A DNA stretch of 64,000 nucleotides from Bacteroidetes bacterium UBA2364 (lineage in GTDB: Bacteria > Bacteroidota > Rhodothermia > Rhodothermales > UBA2364), in NCBI GenBank assembly GCA_002344075.1, contig DDTM01000001.1, forward strand, positions 2,529 through 66,528, written 5' to 3'. A program made the position numbers and the translations under genes. Every line of letters starts with the position of its first letter. Positions within the stretch are counted from its first letter, which is position 1. Under the pieces are notes generated by a model, which was not told the DNA's origin, made no database searches, and saw nothing but the letters and a program-made list of their open reading frames with translations. Shown here piece after piece: positions 19,819-30,426 of this stretch.

Positions 19819-20335
19819 ATTTATTGTTCTTTTACGATTGTTTTTTAACTTTTGTACATCGTAAATTTGTTGTGTAATAGCCATTGCACTATCCCATCAT
19901 TATGTTGTTTGTAAAAGGGCTACGAGGAGACTCTAGCCCTTTTGCCGTACTTAGAAGGACCTGTCCAAAATTGCGCTGCGAAACGTCCGGTTTATCCCAC
20001 ATCACCTACCGTAAGGAAATACCACCAAAACTCCTTTTTCGCCGTCGATCACTCCAGCAGATCATACCCCGGCTCGGGGTTCTTTTCGAGACATGGAAGA
20101 TACTTAGGAGAAACAATTCGGAAAGAAGTTATCTCCGAGATTACGTTTATTTCAACAACAGCAACATTTCATTATCAAATTAACACAGATCCGCCTACTG
20201 AATTTAAAAAGATGCACCTTCACCTTCTCTTCGCTATTGTTTGTCCCCTGCATAATGACTTATCTTGGAAACGTTTACAAAAGCCGGCATCCTACACGTC
20301 CGGCTCACTTATCTTATCATTTTGGAGGTCATAGC

Positions 20336-21532
20336 ATGCGTAAACTATTTCCGTTTTTATCCATTCCATTGGGTCTATTTCTGGGCATGATGCTCTCGGC
20401 CTGTGGTGGCGGTAGCGAAAAAAACGATACCCCTACGGGTAATAACGACACCAAAGCGATGGAAAGCATTGGCAAAGGCGAAGGCAAAATTTCAATTATA
20501 GCATGGGCGGGATATATTGAGCGGGGAGAAACCGATAAAAACTACGACTGGGTAACGTCTTTTGAGAAAGAATCTGGCTGTAAAGTAGCGGTTAAAACCG
20601 CAGCCACTTCCGACGAAATGGTGACACTCATGAATCAAGGTGGGTTTGACATTGTAACCGCTTCTGGCGATGCTTCGATGCGACTTATCCGAGGTGGCAT
20701 GGTTCAACCAATCAATATTAACCTAATCAAAGATTGGGGATCGGTGGATAGTCGCCTGCAAAATGCCGCATGGCATACGGTGGATGGTGTCCATTATGGC
20801 GTTCCCTATCAATGGGGATCCAATGTTTTGATGTACAATACGAATGTCTTCAAAACCGCACCTACCAGTTGGGATGTCGTTTTTAAAGAGATGGTCCTGC
20901 CAGACGGAAAGTCCAACAAAGGTCGTGTACAGGCATTTGACGGGCCTATTTATATTGCCGACGCCGCCTTGTATCTAAAACATCATCAGCCTGCACTTGG
21001 CATTCAGGACCCGTATGAATTGACACAAGCGCAGTTTGATGCCGCTATTGCTTTGCTGAAAGGGCAGCGTGTATTGGTCAACAAGTACTGGCACGATGCG
21101 ATGGTACAAATGGATGACTTTAAGACCGAGGGTGTCGTGGCAACTGGTTCTTGGCCGTTCCAAGTTAATGGCTTAATTGCGGCCAAAGCCACGGTTGGTA
21201 GTGTAATCCCTATAGAAGGGGCAACTGGATGGGCAGATACCAGCATGATGCACGCCAAAGCACCCAATCCGAATTGTGCCTATATGTGGCTAAATCATTC
21301 CCTAAACAAAAAACTACAAGGCGACTTGGCCGCGTGGTTTGGTTCGGTTCCCGCTGTTCCCGATGCCTGTAATAACAATGCACTACTTGGTGCGGAGGGG
21401 TGTAAAACGAACGGAATTCAGAACTTCGATAAAATTCACTTCTGGAAGACCCCCGATTGTCCGAATGGAAAGTGTATTCCTTATAGTGAATGGACGAAGC
21501 AATACTTAGCCGTTATGGCCAGCAAGTCATAG
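20336..21532 (+). CDS. ABC transporter periplasmic substrate-binding lipoprotein, polyamine (PotD/PotF/YdcS) family
   Basis: Lipoprotein signal MRKLFPFLSIPLGLFLGMMLSACGG, GGAGG Shine-Dalgarno at 20325-20329, a PotD-like fold pattern, and operon context with the PotABC-like genes and patD. Confidence 0.85.
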   Translation: MRKLFPFLSIPLGLFLGMMLSACGGGSEKNDTPTGNNDTKAMESIGKGEGKISIIAWAGYIERGETDKNYDWVTSFEKESGCKVAVKTAATSDEMVTLMNQGGFDIVTASGDASMRLIRGGMVQPININLIKDWGSVDSRLQNAAWHTVDGVHYGVPYQWGSNVLMYNTNVFKTAPTSWDVVFKEMVLPDGKSNKGRVQAFDGPIYIADAALYLKHHQPALGIQDPYELTQAQFDAAIALLKGQRVLVNKYWHDAMVQMDDFKTEGVVATGSWPFQVNGLIAAKATVGSVIPIEGATGWADTSMMHAKAPNPNCAYMWLNHSLNKKLQGDLAAWFGSVPAVPDACNNNALLGAEGCKTNGIQNFDKIHFWKTPDCPNGKCIPYSEWTKQYLAVMASKS

Positions 21533-21620
21533 TCACACCACCACAGCAAACCGGGTAAATGATCTTAACGTTTACCCGGCTTTTGCTTACCAACCTTCAT
21601 TTATCAATCAGTTTAAAGAA

Positions 21621-23063
21621 ATGCAACATAAATTGTGGATCAACGGTTCATGGACAGATCCCGAAGATGGCAGTCTGATGACAGTTAGCGATCCAACTTC
21701 AGGCGTGGAACTTGCCCAAGTTGTAAATGCCGGAGCAAAGGATGTAGATCGGGCCGTACAAGCAGCAAAAACGGCATTTGAGGATGGAAGATGGTCTAAA
21801 AAACCCCCACGTGACCGATCGTATGCACTGTGGAAATTGGCGGATTTGATCGAGCAACACGCCGAGCGTTTGGCAAAAACCGAGAGCGAGAACACCGGGA
21901 AACCTTATAGTTTTGTGAGCTTGGGTGCAGATTTGCCGTTCGCCATAGACAATTTGCGCTTTTTTGCTGCTGCTGCTCGCGATGTACATGGCTCTCATGC
22001 TGGTGAATTTACAGATGGGTTTACGTCTATGTTTCGCCGTGAACCCGTGGGTGTGGTTGCACAAATTGCCCCTTGGAACTATCCGCTAATGATGGCTATC
22101 TGGAAATTGGGCCCAGCTCTTGCCGCCGGATGTACGACCATTCTAAAGCCCGCACCAGGAACACCCCTTTCTACCTTACTCTTGGCAGAACTGATCGCCG
22201 AGGCTGGTATTCCAGAGGGCGTGGTAAATATCATAACAGGTGGTAATGAGGCGGGACAAGTGCTTGTGGAACACCCTGATGTGCGCATGGTGAGCCTGAC
22301 AGGTTCTACGGGAACCGGAAAAAAAGTCATGAAAACCGCTGCAGACACCCTAAAACGGGTGCATTTGGAACTGGGCGGAAAAGCACCCCTTCTCGTGTTT
22401 GATGATGCCGATGTAGAAGCCTTTGCCGGAAAGGCTACGATTGGCGCTACCTTTAATACGGGCCAAGACTGCACCGCTGCCACCCGGATCTATGTGGCCG
22501 AAGATAGGATGAAGGACGTGCAAGAGGCCGTTGTGGAGGCCATGCGTGGCGTGGTGATCGGAATGCCTTTTGATGATGATACGCAAATGGGGCCATTGAT
22601 TTCTTCGGTACAGCGCGAACGGGTGCAGGGCTTTGTAGAGCGAGCAAAAGCAGCGGGTGCAAAAGTTCTTACGGGAGGCAGTGCGCCAAAAGCTTTGGCA
22701 GATGGTTTCTTCTTTGAGCCAACGGTGATTGTACAGGCAGACCAAAAATCCGAAATCATCCAATCTGAAGTATTTGGGCCAGTCCTCACAATCAATACGT
22801 TCAAAAACGAGGAAGAAGCGGTGCGTTTGGCCAATGACGTGAACTTTGGCTTGGCGGCCTCGGTCTTTACGAAAGATGTGGCACGTGCCATGCGGGTTGT
22901 CCGCGATCTGGAGTATGGAACGGTTTGGGTGAACGACCACATCCCGCTCACCTCTGAGACCCCACACGGCGGTTTTAAGCAATCCGGATTTGGAAAAGAC
23001 CTCTCTGCGGAAGCAGTGTCGGATTATCAGGTCACAAAGCACGTCATGATTGCCAATACTTAA
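21621..23063 (+). CDS. patD: Gamma-aminobutyraldehyde dehydrogenase (NAD-dependent aldehyde dehydrogenase, PatD/YdcW-like)
   Basis: The N-terminus [10 protein letters not shown]... parallels E. coli PatD (MQHKLLINGE...). Also present are [27 protein letters not shown] and the catalytic Cys in GQDCTAATR. Confidence 0.9.
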   Translation: MQHKLWINGSWTDPEDGSLMTVSDPTSGVELAQVVNAGAKDVDRAVQAAKTAFEDGRWSKKPPRDRSYALWKLADLIEQHAERLAKTESENTGKPYSFVSLGADLPFAIDNLRFFAAAARDVHGSHAGEFTDGFTSMFRREPVGVVAQIAPWNYPLMMAIWKLGPALAAGCTTILKPAPGTPLSTLLLAELIAEAGIPEGVVNIITGGNEAGQVLVEHPDVRMVSLTGSTGTGKKVMKTAADTLKRVHLELGGKAPLLVFDDADVEAFAGKATIGATFNTGQDCTAATRIYVAEDRMKDVQEAVVEAMRGVVIGMPFDDDTQMGPLISSVQRERVQGFVERAKAAGAKVLTGGSAPKALADGFFFEPTVIVQADQKSEIIQSEVFGPVLTINTFKNEEEAVRLANDVNFGLAASVFTKDVARAMRVVRDLEYGTVWVNDHIPLTSETPHGGFKQSGFGKDLSAEAVSDYQVTKHVMIANT

Positions 23064-23070
23064 CAAATCG

Positions 23071-23102
23071 GGCGGGTTGCAAATGAGTAGCCCGCCTTTT
23101 TT
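23071..23102 (+). terminator. Intra-operon hairpin with T-tract between patD and the ABC ATPase (partial terminator or attenuator)
   Basis: GGCGGGttgcaaatgagtagCCCGCC followed by TTTTTT. Confidence 0.5.
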
Positions 23103-23118
23103 AGCCCTCCTCATTTCC

Positions 23119-24132
23119 ATGAATCCAGCCATTTCTTTCGAGCAAGTCTCCCGACATTTTGGAACAGTCAAAGCAGTGGACGAAGCCAGCTTTCAAGTCT
23201 CCGACGGTGCTTTTTTTACGATGCTGGGACCTTCCGGATCGGGTAAAACCACCTGTCTGCGAATGATTGCTGGTTTTGACCTCCCGACCTCTGGCACCAT
23301 TCGGGTGTCTGGACAAGAAGTCACGAACCTCCCCCCATATGGGCGAGACGTAAACACCGTCTTTCAGGACTATGCCCTTTTCCCTCACATGACCGTAGCA
23401 CAAAATGTGGAATATGGGCTAATGATCCGCAAAGTCCCAAAAACCGAGCGCCAAAAACGGGTACAAGAGATGCTGGATTTGGTGCATCTGCCAGATGTAG
23501 GGAGCCGCAAGCCTAACCAACTTTCCGGCGGGCAGCGTCAACGCATCGCATTGGCACGCGCCCTCATCAACCGTCCGAAGATCTTGCTCTTGGATGAACC
23601 ATTAGGAGCGTTAGATCTGAAGTTGCGTCAACAGATGCAAATAGAACTCAAGGCCATTCAGCAAGAAGTAGGGATTACGTTTGTCTTTGTAACACACGAC
23701 CAAGAAGAAGCGATGGCCCTAAGCGACCAAATTGCCGTATTTAACCAAGGTAAAATCGAGCAAATTGGTTCACCACATGACCTCTACGAGCACCCACAAA
23801 CGGCATTTGTCGCCAATTTTGTCGGAACATCAAACCTGATTTCGGATGACATTGCCCATAAACTCACGGGAGAAAGGAGCACTTTCTCGGTTCGTCCAGA
23901 GAAAATGCACATCCTCCACGAGCAAACTCCCATCCCCGCCAACCATTATCGGCTACAAGGCGTGGTAGAAGATGTGGTATATCTCGGCATTTTCACCCGC
24001 TTCGCCGTCCGAACCTCCGAAGGCTTACGGCTTCAGGTGATTGACCAAAACAGAGAAGCCCAAGACGAGCGTAGAGGTGATGTTGTACAGATAATTTGGG
24101 CAAAGGAAGCCCTAAACAAATTAGCCGATTAA
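23119..24132 (+). CDS. ABC transporter ATP-binding protein, PotA/YdcT-like
   Basis: Walker [10 protein letters not shown], signature LSGGQRQR, Walker B ILLLDEP, and a C-terminal TOBE-like domain. The start is set at [10 protein letters not shown] (23119). Confidence 0.9.
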   Translation: MNPAISFEQVSRHFGTVKAVDEASFQVSDGAFFTMLGPSGSGKTTCLRMIAGFDLPTSGTIRVSGQEVTNLPPYGRDVNTVFQDYALFPHMTVAQNVEYGLMIRKVPKTERQKRVQEMLDLVHLPDVGSRKPNQLSGGQRQRIALARALINRPKILLLDEPLGALDLKLRQQMQIELKAIQQEVGITFVFVTHDQEEAMALSDQIAVFNQGKIEQIGSPHDLYEHPQTAFVANFVGTSNLISDDIAHKLTGERSTFSVRPEKMHILHEQTPIPANHYRLQGVVEDVVYLGIFTRFAVRTSEGLRLQVIDQNREAQDERRGDVVQIIWAKEALNKLAD

Positions 24133-24137
24133 AGCCC

Positions 24138-25043
24138 ATGATCCGACGGTTTTCTACTTATTTATACAACCATCCGGGTGTATTATTGGCCTTGTTACTG
24201 GGACCGCCTTTGGGCTGGATGCTCGTGATCTACCTCGGATCATTGGCGGCGCTTCTGTTCCAGTCGTTTTATTATCTCGATGGCTTTACAGGGCAAGTGG
24301 TACGCGAGTTTTCGTTCCTCACCTACCGCGATTTGTTCTCGGCGGCACATATGACCATTGTGTTAAAAACAGTGGTTATGGCACTCTCGGTAACAATTGG
24401 CTCGGTTCTGATTGCCTTCCCGCTGGCCTATTATAGTGTTCGCTATGCGGGTAAACGCCTCAAGGTTTTGCTCTATTTTGCAGTTCTTTTGCCATTGTGG
24501 TCTTCATATATCATTCGGGTATATGCGTGGAAACTCATGCTCGCCAAAGAAGGCATTGTTTCTTGGTTTTTTGCACAATTAGGGCTTTCCGGTGTATTAG
24601 AATGGCTGCTCTCCATGCCTATAGTGGGCGGGGCCTCGCTTTCGGTGTCCAATTTTGGCTTGTTTCTGGTTTTTACCTATATTTGGCTGCCCTACATGAT
24701 TTTGCCCATCCAAGCGTCATTAGAACGCATTCCACATTCTTTATTAGATGCATCAGGGGACTTGGGTGCCCGGCCTTTGCAAACCTTCCGCCGGATTGTC
24801 TTGCCCTTGGCGTTGCCGGGTGTGGTGGCCGGAAGCATCTTCACCTTCTCGCTTACGCTGGGCGATTACATCATTCCCTCTATCATTGGAGACTCCACCC
24901 CATTTATTGGAATGGCGGTATATAGCTATCAAGGAACTGCCGGAAATTTGCCCCTTGCCGCAGCCTTTACCGTACTCCCGATGGTGATGATGGTCTTTTA
25001 TCTCTTGGGCGCACGGAAGGCTGGTGCGTTTGATGCACTCTAA
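24138..25043 (+). CDS. ABC transporter permease, PotB/YdcU-like
   Basis: Six TM helices and an EAA-like loop (LLDASGDLGARPLQTFRRIVLPLALPG). Confidence 0.85.
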   Translation: MIRRFSTYLYNHPGVLLALLLGPPLGWMLVIYLGSLAALLFQSFYYLDGFTGQVVREFSFLTYRDLFSAAHMTIVLKTVVMALSVTIGSVLIAFPLAYYSVRYAGKRLKVLLYFAVLLPLWSSYIIRVYAWKLMLAKEGIVSWFFAQLGLSGVLEWLLSMPIVGGASLSVSNFGLFLVFTYIWLPYMILPIQASLERIPHSLLDASGDLGARPLQTFRRIVLPLALPGVVAGSIFTFSLTLGDYIIPSIIGDSTPFIGMAVYSYQGTAGNLPLAAAFTVLPMVMMVFYLLGARKAGAFDAL

Positions 25044-25063
25044 ACACCAAATAGCATAAACGC

Positions 25064-25861
25064 ATGAAAAACAAAAACTTGGGCCTTGCAATTACCATGT
25101 GGGCAGTAGTGACCTTCTTGCACATTCCTTTTTTTGTGGTGATGTTGTATGCTTTCACCACCGATTCTTCCACGTTCACATTTCCTCCACCCGGCTTAAC
25201 CTTCAAGTGGTTTGGTGTGGCGTGGAGCCGTGCCGATATGTGGGCGGCTTTAAGTCTTTCGACACGAGTAGCAGCCATTTCTACCTTGGTCGCCCTCGTT
25301 TTGGGTACATTAGCGGCTGCGGCTGTGTACCAAAGCCACTTCTTTGGACGAGAAGCCGTCTCGTTCCTGCTCGTCCTACCGATTGCCCTCCCCGGCATCG
25401 TGACGGGTATTGCCCTTCGGGCAGCAATGGGCGAGGCGGGTATGACCTTTAATTTCTGGACGATCGTTATTGGTCATGCTACGTTTTGTGTGGTGGTGGT
25501 GTATAACAATGTCTTGGCACGGTTCCGACGCTCCAATCCGTCGTTGGTAGAAGCCTCGATGGACTTAGGCGCGGATGGTTGGCAAACTTTTCGATATGTG
25601 GTCTTTCCCAATATCTCCTCTGCTTTGGTAGCGGGTGGGATGCTGGCCTTCGCCTTATCATTCGATGAGGTGATTGTCACCACGTTCACCGCCGGACAAC
25701 AGGCCACCTTGCCAATCTGGATCTTTAGTCAACTCACCAAGCCTCGCGACCGGCCTGTAACCAATGTGGTGGCCTTTTTTGTGGTAATCGTTACCACCCT
25801 TCCAATTCTATGGGCACTCTTCCAAAACCGAAAATTTGAAGAGCAAACCCAAAATGATTGA
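25064..25861 (+). CDS. ABC transporter permease, PotC/YdcV-like
   Basis: A polytopic membrane protein with an EAA-like loop ([24 protein letters not shown]). Confidence 0.85.
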   Translation: MKNKNLGLAITMWAVVTFLHIPFFVVMLYAFTTDSSTFTFPPPGLTFKWFGVAWSRADMWAALSLSTRVAAISTLVALVLGTLAAAAVYQSHFFGREAVSFLLVLPIALPGIVTGIALRAAMGEAGMTFNFWTIVIGHATFCVVVVYNNVLARFRRSNPSLVEASMDLGADGWQTFRYVVFPNISSALVAGGMLAFALSFDEVIVTTFTAGQQATLPIWIFSQLTKPRDRPVTNVVAFFVVIVTTLPILWALFQNRKFEEQTQND

Positions 25862-26521
25862 GCCTTGGGAAAGCAGCCATATTGGATGCCCCTTAAAAGC
25901 GGACGTAGCTGAGTAGGCATGCCTGATATTTTTCACAACCCAACTTCAATCCACCTTAACCACTACCTCATAGAAAAGAATACACAATTACACTATGGTA
26001 CGAAGTATAACATCAGACCCGTAGTCTATAACCTATAAAATAGAACGAGAATTGACAAGAATAAATTTATCACAAAAAATCAAATAAAAGAACTAAATAA
26101 CATAAATAGAATAGGTTGCATTTCAAAAATATCAATATACATATGCTACACTTAAATCAGGCAGTATGTGAAAGAGAATCTTTGCCTATCGTTGAGAATA
26201 ACTCCGTAGGAGCGACATCATAATAGAGCCCGTAGAGGACAAGCATCATACGCGAGCCCATCTGGTCGGCATAAAAAATGTGAAAGATGTGTTTACCGGA
26301 TAATTGAGGAAATTTTGAAATGCACCCAATAGAATAAATGAGGGAAGATAATAAACAAAGATCCAATTAAAATACAAAGTAAACTTGGCAACTGATATTT
26401 TATTTAGTTTAGAAAATAAGTACTTCTACTCCTCACACAAACAGAGACTTCATACTTCAAGACGAACATAAATAAGCGACAGAAGTTTGCAACAAATTCC
26501 TACCAATCAACCTCCTTGCTT

Positions 26522-27673
26522 ATGATTTTCTCCATCAAGTATTGGCACTACCGGGTTTTGTGGGTACTTGTGCTGTGGTTACTTCCTTCTTGCGATAACC
26601 CGATGGAGGTGGATATTGGTCCGGCTTCGAAGGTGTCTAAGGAGCGTTTAGCACGCATGAACCGTGGGGTTAACCTAAGCCATTGGTTTGCGCAAACCAG
26701 CATTACAACAGAGCGAATGCGCACGTTTATGACAGAAGAAGACTTTCAGACCATCTCGGCACTCGGATTTCGGCACGTTCGCTTTCCCGTAGACCCGATG
26801 TTGCTTTTGAACGAGCAGCAACCCGAAAACCTCGTGGAATCCAATTGGCGTGAGGTTCGGCGGGCTTTGGAGATGATGATGGAGAAGGGCTTGGCCGTGA
26901 CGCTGGAGATGCACGGCAGTACTACATTCAAAAAACGATTGGAGACCGAACCCACGTTTCGTACAGTCTTTACACAACTTTGGCACGCTTTGGCGATTAA
27001 AGTATCCGATACCAATCCTGAATTTTTGTTCTTAGAGCCACTCAACGAACCTGTAATGAACGACTCACGTGGGTGGCAAGTTTTTCAAAATCAGTTACTT
27101 TTAGCCATTCGGTCAGGCGCACCCAAGCACACACTCGTGGCGGTCGGAGACATGTTTTCCAGTCTGGATCAACTAAACTTACTACAACCCGTGGACGACC
27201 CCAATGTGGTATATGCGTTTCATTTTTACGAACCGGGCACCTTCACCCATCAAGGCGCCACATGGGCCGTAGAAGCATGGCCTTATTTGCGGGAAATTCC
27301 GTATCCATTTGATGCCAAACGGATGAACCAACTTTTACCACAGCTTCCAGTGATTGCCCAACCACTTGCCCGTGCTTATGCCGCCGAAAAGTGGGATCGT
27401 TCGCAACTACAAGCCCGTTTGGCCAAACCTTTTTTGTGGGGTCAACGATTTCGGGTTCCAGTAATCTGTGCTGAGTTTGGCGTATATCGCTTGGTTGCGC
27501 TACCACAAGACCGACTGAACTGGATCCGAGATGTACGCATTATTTTAGAGCGTTATCAAATTCCATGGACCATGTGGGACTACTCCGAAGGCTTTGGTGT
27601 GGCCATACGTGAGAATGGCAAACGTGAAGTTGATATGGAGACTGTACGTGCATTGGGATTACATTTATATTAA
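26522..27673 (+). CDS. Glycoside hydrolase family 5 (cellulase/mannanase-like) lipoprotein
   Basis: NLSHWF, acid/base EPLNEP, nucleophile region VICAEFG, and a signal peptide with lipobox (LLPSCDN). Confidence 0.8.
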   Translation: MIFSIKYWHYRVLWVLVLWLLPSCDNPMEVDIGPASKVSKERLARMNRGVNLSHWFAQTSITTERMRTFMTEEDFQTISALGFRHVRFPVDPMLLLNEQQPENLVESNWREVRRALEMMMEKGLAVTLEMHGSTTFKKRLETEPTFRTVFTQLWHALAIKVSDTNPEFLFLEPLNEPVMNDSRGWQVFQNQLLLAIRSGAPKHTLVAVGDMFSSLDQLNLLQPVDDPNVVYAFHFYEPGTFTHQGATWAVEAWPYLREIPYPFDAKRMNQLLPQLPVIAQPLARAYAAEKWDRSQLQARLAKPFLWGQRFRVPVICAEFGVYRLVALPQDRLNWIRDVRIILERYQIPWTMWDYSEGFGVAIRENGKREVDMETVRALGLHLY

Positions 27674-27773
27674 ACGCCTCCGACAACCCACACACATCTT
27701 GCACATGTGTCTATAAGTTCTTACTTTAGGGACAAATTTTTTGACCTACAACCTCATCTATCCTAAAAGACAC

Positions 27774-28277
27774 ATGGCACATTCTTCATTGGTCGTTCCC
27801 GCCGAAATCTTGCGGGCATTCAAAAAAGTTTTTCCAAAAGTGGACGTCAGCCGCGTTTCGTGGTCTTGGGAAGTCCCCCATAAAATTTATGAAGCCTCCT
27901 TCGAGCAAGATGGTTTTTCTTACGAAGTAGAAATTACGGTAACGGGCCACCACTTGCTCTCCGAAATTTATATGCGTACCGAAGCCCTACCGGAAGGCAT
28001 CCGTAACCACATCGAGGCCGAGTTCCCGGGTGCAATTATTCACTCGGTAGAGCGCGTCTTGTACTCCAATGGCGATGTGCAATACGAAATTGACCTGATT
28101 ACCGGAAAAGGTGAACGCGAAATTCTGGTGCGTGAGGATGGCTATATCTTGGATTATGGCAAAGATCCCGCAAAGAAACACAAAAAGGTGAAAGAAAAAG
28201 AAGTGGACGAGGAAGAAGAAGAAGCACCAACGCCAGAAAAAACAGAATCCACTTTAGAGGACACCTCGGAGGTCTAA
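27774..28277 (+). CDS. PepSY-like (DUF2874-type) domain protein with a highly charged K/E-rich tail
   Basis: VPAEILRAFKKVFPKVDVSRVSWSWE...YEASFEQDGFSYEVEI... and a second ...YSNGDVQYEIDL... repeat. The C-terminus is KKHKKVKEKEVDEEEEEAPTPEK. Confidence 0.55.
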   Translation: MAHSSLVVPAEILRAFKKVFPKVDVSRVSWSWEVPHKIYEASFEQDGFSYEVEITVTGHHLLSEIYMRTEALPEGIRNHIEAEFPGAIIHSVERVLYSNGDVQYEIDLITGKGEREILVREDGYILDYGKDPAKKHKKVKEKEVDEEEEEAPTPEKTESTLEDTSEV

Positions 28278-29020
28278 AACATCCATTTTCTATGCAATAG
28301 GCTACACTTTTTACAAGATGGTGTGGCCTTTTTGCTGGCTCAATGGTGGAAATGACACGAGGCCCCATCATGAAAATATGGGGTAAGGTCCAACAAAAAC
28401 CCTACCCCCACTAATGAGATCCACTTTCAAGGTAAAGGTACCGATGAAGGCCTTGCACTTAGACCTGCTTCTGTTCCACTATTATTAATAGGAAAACAAT
28501 GCCCTCATATACCACAAAAAGGGAAAGAGAATCGATAGTATTCATAGTTGATGCCTGCCGAAGCCTCCGAAACAAACTTTTTGGCATTCTTGAGACGCTG
28601 ATTCCGCATTATTCATGTTAAATACGACACATTATGACCCTTTAGCCCATCTAATTTACCAGAATTTATAAACTTATACCAAAATTCAAAACTATCCAAC
28701 TCAACCGATATAGATTCATTTTTTCCCAATAGCAATCATGGAGTCCCCCTAGTAATGCTCTACTGGTTGGAATAGTATCTTCTGATTTTCTGTAATAAAT
28801 TCCATCCTTCAAGATTAACTTTCCCCTTTCATAAATTGGAAGAGCCATCCCCAAACCAATTTGCAAGTACCGCTTATTTTATATAGTCAGTTGGATGGGT
28901 ATGAAAGATTCCGCCTTTGTATGTTACTATTTTTTCATCTCAGCCTTATGGTGCGCCCTCAGAAAAGTCCCTCCCAATTCCATGTCCAAATAGCTTAATT
29001 TTCATTTTATCCAACCTGAG

Positions 29021-29494
29021 TCATCGGTCAACGTTACGAATAGAGGTATGGTCTAAACGATAAAACAGCAATAACTCCGAGTTTGGCAATAGCCTAAACG
29101 TACCTTGTACTTCTACGGGTTGGTCGGTATAGCGAATTTTGCGATCCAAGTTCAATTCTATCATTTTTTCAGGTCCAACGCCCACACAAAACTGACAGTC
29201 CGAGGGGTCCGGTGTGAGGCCAAAATGATGGGTAGAAAACGCCAATTCGATCGGAACCAAATATCCCCGTAGGGTAATGGTTTTGTTTTCTAATTTCTGG
29301 TGTTCAGGAGAAAAAGTGGGTCGGTAGGTTTTTAGGTCATATTCGGTTTTAAGCAAAATTTTCCAAATCTCATCATTGGTATGGCGTTTTTTTTGCATAT
29401 TGGTGACCATCACCAAAGAAGTAATAGCAACTATCATCAGTCCGGTAACCAACGATTTCACCCAAACAGGTATGGTATTCAAACCGTTTGTCAT
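29021..29494 (-). CDS. DUF3299-like membrane-anchored protein
   Basis: An N-terminal TM helix, then ITLRGYLVPIE...LTPDPSDCQFCVGVGPEKMIEL...VEVQGTF, matching the DUF3299 architecture as I remember it. A 3-nt gap to the upstream gene suggests an operon. Confidence 0.45.
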   Translation of the reverse strand: MTNGLNTIPVWVKSLVTGLMIVAITSLVMVTNMQKKRHTNDEIWKILLKTEYDLKTYRPTFSPEHQKLENKTITLRGYLVPIELAFSTHHFGLTPDPSDCQFCVGVGPEKMIELNLDRKIRYTDQPVEVQGTFRLLPNSELLLFYRLDHTSIRNVDR

Positions 29495-29497
29495 GGC

Positions 29498-30322
29498 TTA
29501 GTTACCGTTTTTTTGGAGTATTGAGAGCAACTGACTGGCATTGTCGTTTGCTGGTCGGAGGTGTTTCATGCGTTGCAGGCGGTATCGTCCCAATATATTC
29601 TTCGCAGCGATGTACCGGGTAGAGTCGGTAGCATCGGGCGTGTGGCCCTTGGGCATAGCATAGGTAAAATGGCCTTTGTCGGCGGCAAACACCGGGATTT
29701 GGAAAAAGTCTCGTTTCACAAATTGTTTAGTACTGTCTTGCTCTTGTCCTGCTTGCACAAAAAAGTCCACCGCATAATCGGGGTAACCAAACAGGTACCC
29801 AAAGCCGCGCCAACGATCATATTTAGCAGCAGACTCTACCAAAAGTGGGACAAGCTCGACGGGCGTGGTTTCCGTGATACCTAATTTTGCCCAAAACAGT
29901 GGGTGGCGGCGTATTTCTTTTTGAACACGCTTAATATCTAGTGCCAATAGCTCCAAATATTTTCGGCCATCAAATTCATTTTTAAAAGGCATAAGAACCA
30001 CTTTTTTTCCGTTGCAGGATAGCTTCGCTCCGATATTGGCCCACAAAGTTAGTTGTGGAATGGCCGCCTGGAGCGAGTCGGTATGATACGAAAAGTCATG
30101 AATGGTACTCATCGGCTTGAGGTCTGTAGCCAGTGTATAAAGGGCCTCGTGGTCTAAACCATGCAGCAAGATGCGCTGGGCCACCTTTTGCTCCAAAAGC
30201 GGCCATTCAGAAAAGTCATTACAAGTCTCCACTTGATGGACGGATTTGAGATGCGTACACCCGCCGAGTATAAGTACAAGACCCGCAATGAGCCATAAAA
30301 AGGACTTATTGATGTGTGACAT
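29498..30322 (-). CDS. Hypothetical lipoprotein
   Basis: Signal peptide with lipobox (LVLILGGCTHL). No family recognised. Confidence 0.5.
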   Translation of the reverse strand: MSHINKSFLWLIAGLVLILGGCTHLKSVHQVETCNDFSEWPLLEQKVAQRILLHGLDHEALYTLATDLKPMSTIHDFSYHTDSLQAAIPQLTLWANIGAKLSCNGKKVVLMPFKNEFDGRKYLELLALDIKRVQKEIRRHPLFWAKLGITETTPVELVPLLVESAAKYDRWRGFGYLFGYPDYAVDFFVQAGQEQDSTKQFVKRDFFQIPVFAADKGHFTYAMPKGHTPDATDSTRYIAAKNILGRYRLQRMKHLRPANDNASQLLSILQKNGN

Positions 30323-30426
30323 AAAATCTTGTTTGCGTTATTAGACAACCTTATTCCCCTTGCCCCCGTGCCGCACAATCCCAAAAAAGCAACACGAGGG
30401 CAAACATGTGGGGAAAACCTAAAAAA

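Noticed and set aside
19884-20334. Two overlapping plus-strand ORFs (99 and 130 aa) in the leader of the polyamine operon.
   Set aside because: They overlap in different frames and have Arg/Ser/Pro-rich composition and no motifs. The region is treated as non-coding leader.
22350-23171. A 273-aa minus-strand ORF, plus several 120-150-aa ORFs, overlapping patD and the ABC ATPase gene.
   Set aside because: It is entirely antisense to two genes with unambiguous family motifs. The translation is Arg/His/Cys-rich and low-complexity with no recognisable domain. This is a typical shadow ORF.
26157-26366. A 69-aa minus-strand ORF in the AT-rich spacer containing ...LYGLYYDVAPTELFS..., which resembles the 'Y-x-x-x-APTEL' pseudo-peptides often mis-annotated in Bacteroidota intergenic repeats.
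   Set aside because: There is only a single copy in this window, no start context and no domain. It is more likely the translation of a non-coding element than a gene, and I cannot verify the repeat family without a search.
28666-28866. A 66-aa minus-strand ORF in the 740-bp spacer downstream of the PepSY-like gene.
   Set aside because: It has no recognisable family, weak start context and AT-rich surroundings. It may be a gene remnant, but the sequence alone does not support it.
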